A DNA stretch of 63,962 nucleotides, counting the filler, from Octopus bimaculoides (Eukaryota): assembly GCF_001194135.2 (NCBI RefSeq). It is 5 parts of 5 records of this genome, joined end to end, with 100 filler letters (N's around TTAATTAATTAA, not from the genome) between each part and the next. Parts side by side here need not be neighbours in the genome. Positions count along the whole stretch, not along the records: positions 60,275 to 62,803 come from NW_026398770.1; positions 62,904 to 63,962 come from NW_026314056.1; 3 more parts are not named here. One strand, written 5' to 3'. A model generated the notes under the pieces. That model worked only from the letters and a program-made list of their open reading frames with translations, did no database searches and had not been told where the DNA came from. The position numbers and the translations under genes are program-made. Shown here piece by piece: positions 61,235 through 63,962 of this stretch. How positions within the stretch are numbered: the stretch's first letter is position 1; every line of letters begins with the position of its first letter.

Positions 61235-62353
61235 TTGTATGTATGTATGTATGTATGTATGTATGTATGTATGTTATCAATCAGTTTCATTTCTGTATTT
61301 CTTGCCCATAGAGAAAGGGCCGGACTCTTATGTATGTATGTATGTATGTATGTATGTATGTATGTATGTATGTATGTATGTNNNNNNNNNNNNNNNNNNN
61401 NNNNNNNNNNNNNNNNNNNNNNNNNNNNNNNNNNNNNNNNNNNNNNNNNNNNNNNNNNNNNNNNNNNNNNNNNNNNNNNNNNNNNNNNNNNNNNNNNNNN
61501 NNNNNNNNNNNNNNNNNNNNNNNNNNNNNNNNNNNNNNNNNNNNNNNNNNNNNNNNNNNNNNNNNNNNNNNNNNNNNNNNNNNNNNNNNNNNNNNNNNNN
61601 NNNNNNNNNNNNNNNNNNNNNNNNNNNNNNNNNNNNNNNNNNNNNNNNNNNNNNNNNNNNNNNNNNNNNNNNNNNNNNNNNNNNNNNNNNNNNNNNNNNN
61701 NNNNNNNNNNNNNNNNNNNNNNNNNNNNNNNNNNNNNNNNNNNNNNNNNNNNNNNNNNNNNNNNNNNNNNNNNNNNNNNNNNNNNNNNNNNNNNNNNNNN
61801 NNNNNNNNNNNNNNNNNNNNNNNNNNNNNNNNNNNNNNNNNNNNNNNNNNNNNNNNNNNNNNNNNNNNNNNNNNNNNNNNNNNNNNNNNNNNNNNNNNNN
61901 NNNNNNNNNNNNNNNNNNNNNNNNNNNNNNNNNNNNNNNNNNNNNNNNNNNNNNNNNNNNNNNNNNNNNNNNNNNNNNNNNNNNNNNNNNNNNNNNNNNN
62001 NNNNNNNNNNNNNNNNNNNNNNNNNNNNNNNNNNNNNNNNNNNNNNNNNNNNNNNNNNNNNNNNNNNNNNNNNNNNNNNNNNNNNNNNNNNNNNNNNNNN
62101 NNNNNNNNNNNNNNNNNNNNNNNNNNNNNNNNNNNNNNNNNNNNNNNNNNNNNNNNNNNNNNNNNNNNNNNNNNNNNNNNNNNNNNNNNNNNNNNNNNNN
62201 NNNNNNNNNNNNNNNNNNNNNNNNNNNNNNNNNNNNNNNNNNNNNNNNNNNNNNNNNNNNNNNNNNNNNNNNNNNNNNNNNNNNNNNNNNNNNNNNNNNN
62301 NNNNNNNNNNNNNNNNNNNNNNNNNNNNNNNNNNNNNNNNNNNNNNNNNNNNN

Positions 62354-62399
<46 letters not shown>

Positions 62400-63844
62400 T
62401 GTATAAATACATATACGCAAATGTATATATATATATGTATTTGTGTATACATACGCACATATGCATATATTTAGAGTAAAAAGATACTGTATGTATCTTC
62501 GCCAGAGATATCTGGTATAATCTACACGGTCACGTCAAATGAGGCATGTAATATTAGATATCGTCCATAAATAAATATGGAAACACTTGCGTTGCATGTG
62601 AAACTATACAGCATAATTTGTTGGTCTTCAAACTATTTTCTTTCGGTTATTTCGTCTGTTGTGGAGGCCTACACACTCACATGTGTGTGTATACATATCT
62701 GAATGTATGCACGCATATTGTATATATAACTGATCGTATTAATATAAATCGCATCTCTCTCTCTATCTCTCGCTCTCTCTCTCTCTCTCACTCTCTCTCT
62801 CCCNNNNNNNNNNNNNNNNNNNNNNNNNNNNNNNNNNNNNNNNNNNNTTAATTAATTAANNNNNNNNNNNNNNNNNNNNNNNNNNNNNNNNNNNNNNNNN
62901 NNNGGGGGGGGGCACATACGCCATAGAAACCGGGCCCATGACCCTGGCTATGCTTTAAAAGGGCGTAATATATATATATATATATTATTTATATTACTAC
63001 ATTTTCTAATGTATACTTCCATTTTTAAGACGCTAGGATGTATAAAATAAGACATGCCTGATATTTTCAGCAGGTCGAGCGACTACGCACGCACAGGCTT
63101 CCTATTTTGCTGATATTATATTTTATCGCTGTTCTTTTTCTTGTGGTTGTTCTTGTTGCTGTCGTTTGTAAGTCGTTATCATTGTTGTTGTTGTTGTTGT
63201 TGTTGTTACTGTTGCTGCTTTTACTTGCTGATGATGCTGTTGGTGCTGGTGCTGGTACATCAGGTTGCTCCTGCTGGTACGTGAACTCACACACGGATAT
63301 ATGCCACAGCGCATGTATACGTACTGAAATCTCAAACACGGATGTTAACAATGAAGAAAAAAAAACAAAATAAAAAAGAAAAGAAAAGGAAAAAGGAAAA
63401 ATTAAAATATTTTGAAAAAAAAGCATAAAAATGAACAAAAAGAAAAGAAAAGAAAAAAGAAAAGATATACAGCAATATGAAAAAAAAACAATAATAAATA
63501 AGTGACATAGGTTAGTGAAAGAAAATTTAAAAATTGTAACACCCTTAGAAGTGCAGCGGAAGTGCAGCTGAAGTATTGCAAACGTGAAGTTGGTGCATCT
63601 TTTGTTTAAGCTATAGTGTGTGGATTTTCGCCGTTTTCAGGCTTTTGTACTCTCACAATGGTGGTTGCAGATGTCAACAACGTACTTTTTTGTTCTTCAA
63701 GAGAAGACGTACAAGTAACGTTTCTTCATTTTTATGTTTGCTTTTTTTTTTTATCTTAGCAGATGGAAGGCTGTTATTATAAAAACAACAGCGAGACATG
63801 AATGGATCTGTGTCTCTCCTTCTCACGCTCTTTCTCTCTTTTTC

Positions 63845-63875
<31 letters not shown>

Positions 63876-63926
63876 TTTGCCTATATATATGTGTGTATAT
63901 GTTCTTTTATAAATATTTATATACAT

Positions 63927-63962
<36 letters not shown>

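Overview
AT-rich, repeat-saturated eukaryotic DNA from a gapped draft assembly. The SINE and simple-repeat content looks to me like an octopus (coleoid cephalopod) genome; this is recognition from memory, not a database hit. I find no supportable host protein-coding gene, rRNA, functional tRNA or CRISPR array. Nearly all long ORFs in the track come from microsatellites or N-gaps. The window is a graveyard of mobile elements: (i) four fragments of R4/Dong-clade RLE non-LTR retrotransposons, three of them next to (TAA)n, plus a ~560-bp non-coding (AAT)n-tailed element with the same insertion pattern; (ii) Penelope-like elements (PLEs) with at least three GIY-YIG types, one near full length, plus short pseudo-LTR-like inserts in (TA)n carrying minimal hammerhead-ribozyme motifs, several with variant cores; (iii) a Gypsy integrase with its 3' LTR; (iv) three mariner-type copies and one DD37D-type transposon, several MITEs and a Helentron-like (HINE/DINE-type) element; (v) RTE and CR1 fragments; (vi) three tRNA-derived SINE families in many copies. 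Four 100-bp spacers (44N-TTAATTAATTAA-44N) are artificial scaffold joins, so adjacency across them is uncertain. The most interesting signal is that different retroelement classes appear to use different microsatellites as insertion sites: TA for hammerhead-bearing PLE derivatives and TAA for R4/Dong and a passenger element. A SINE's own internal microsatellite also serves as a landing pad. All coordinates and RNA folds were read by eye.
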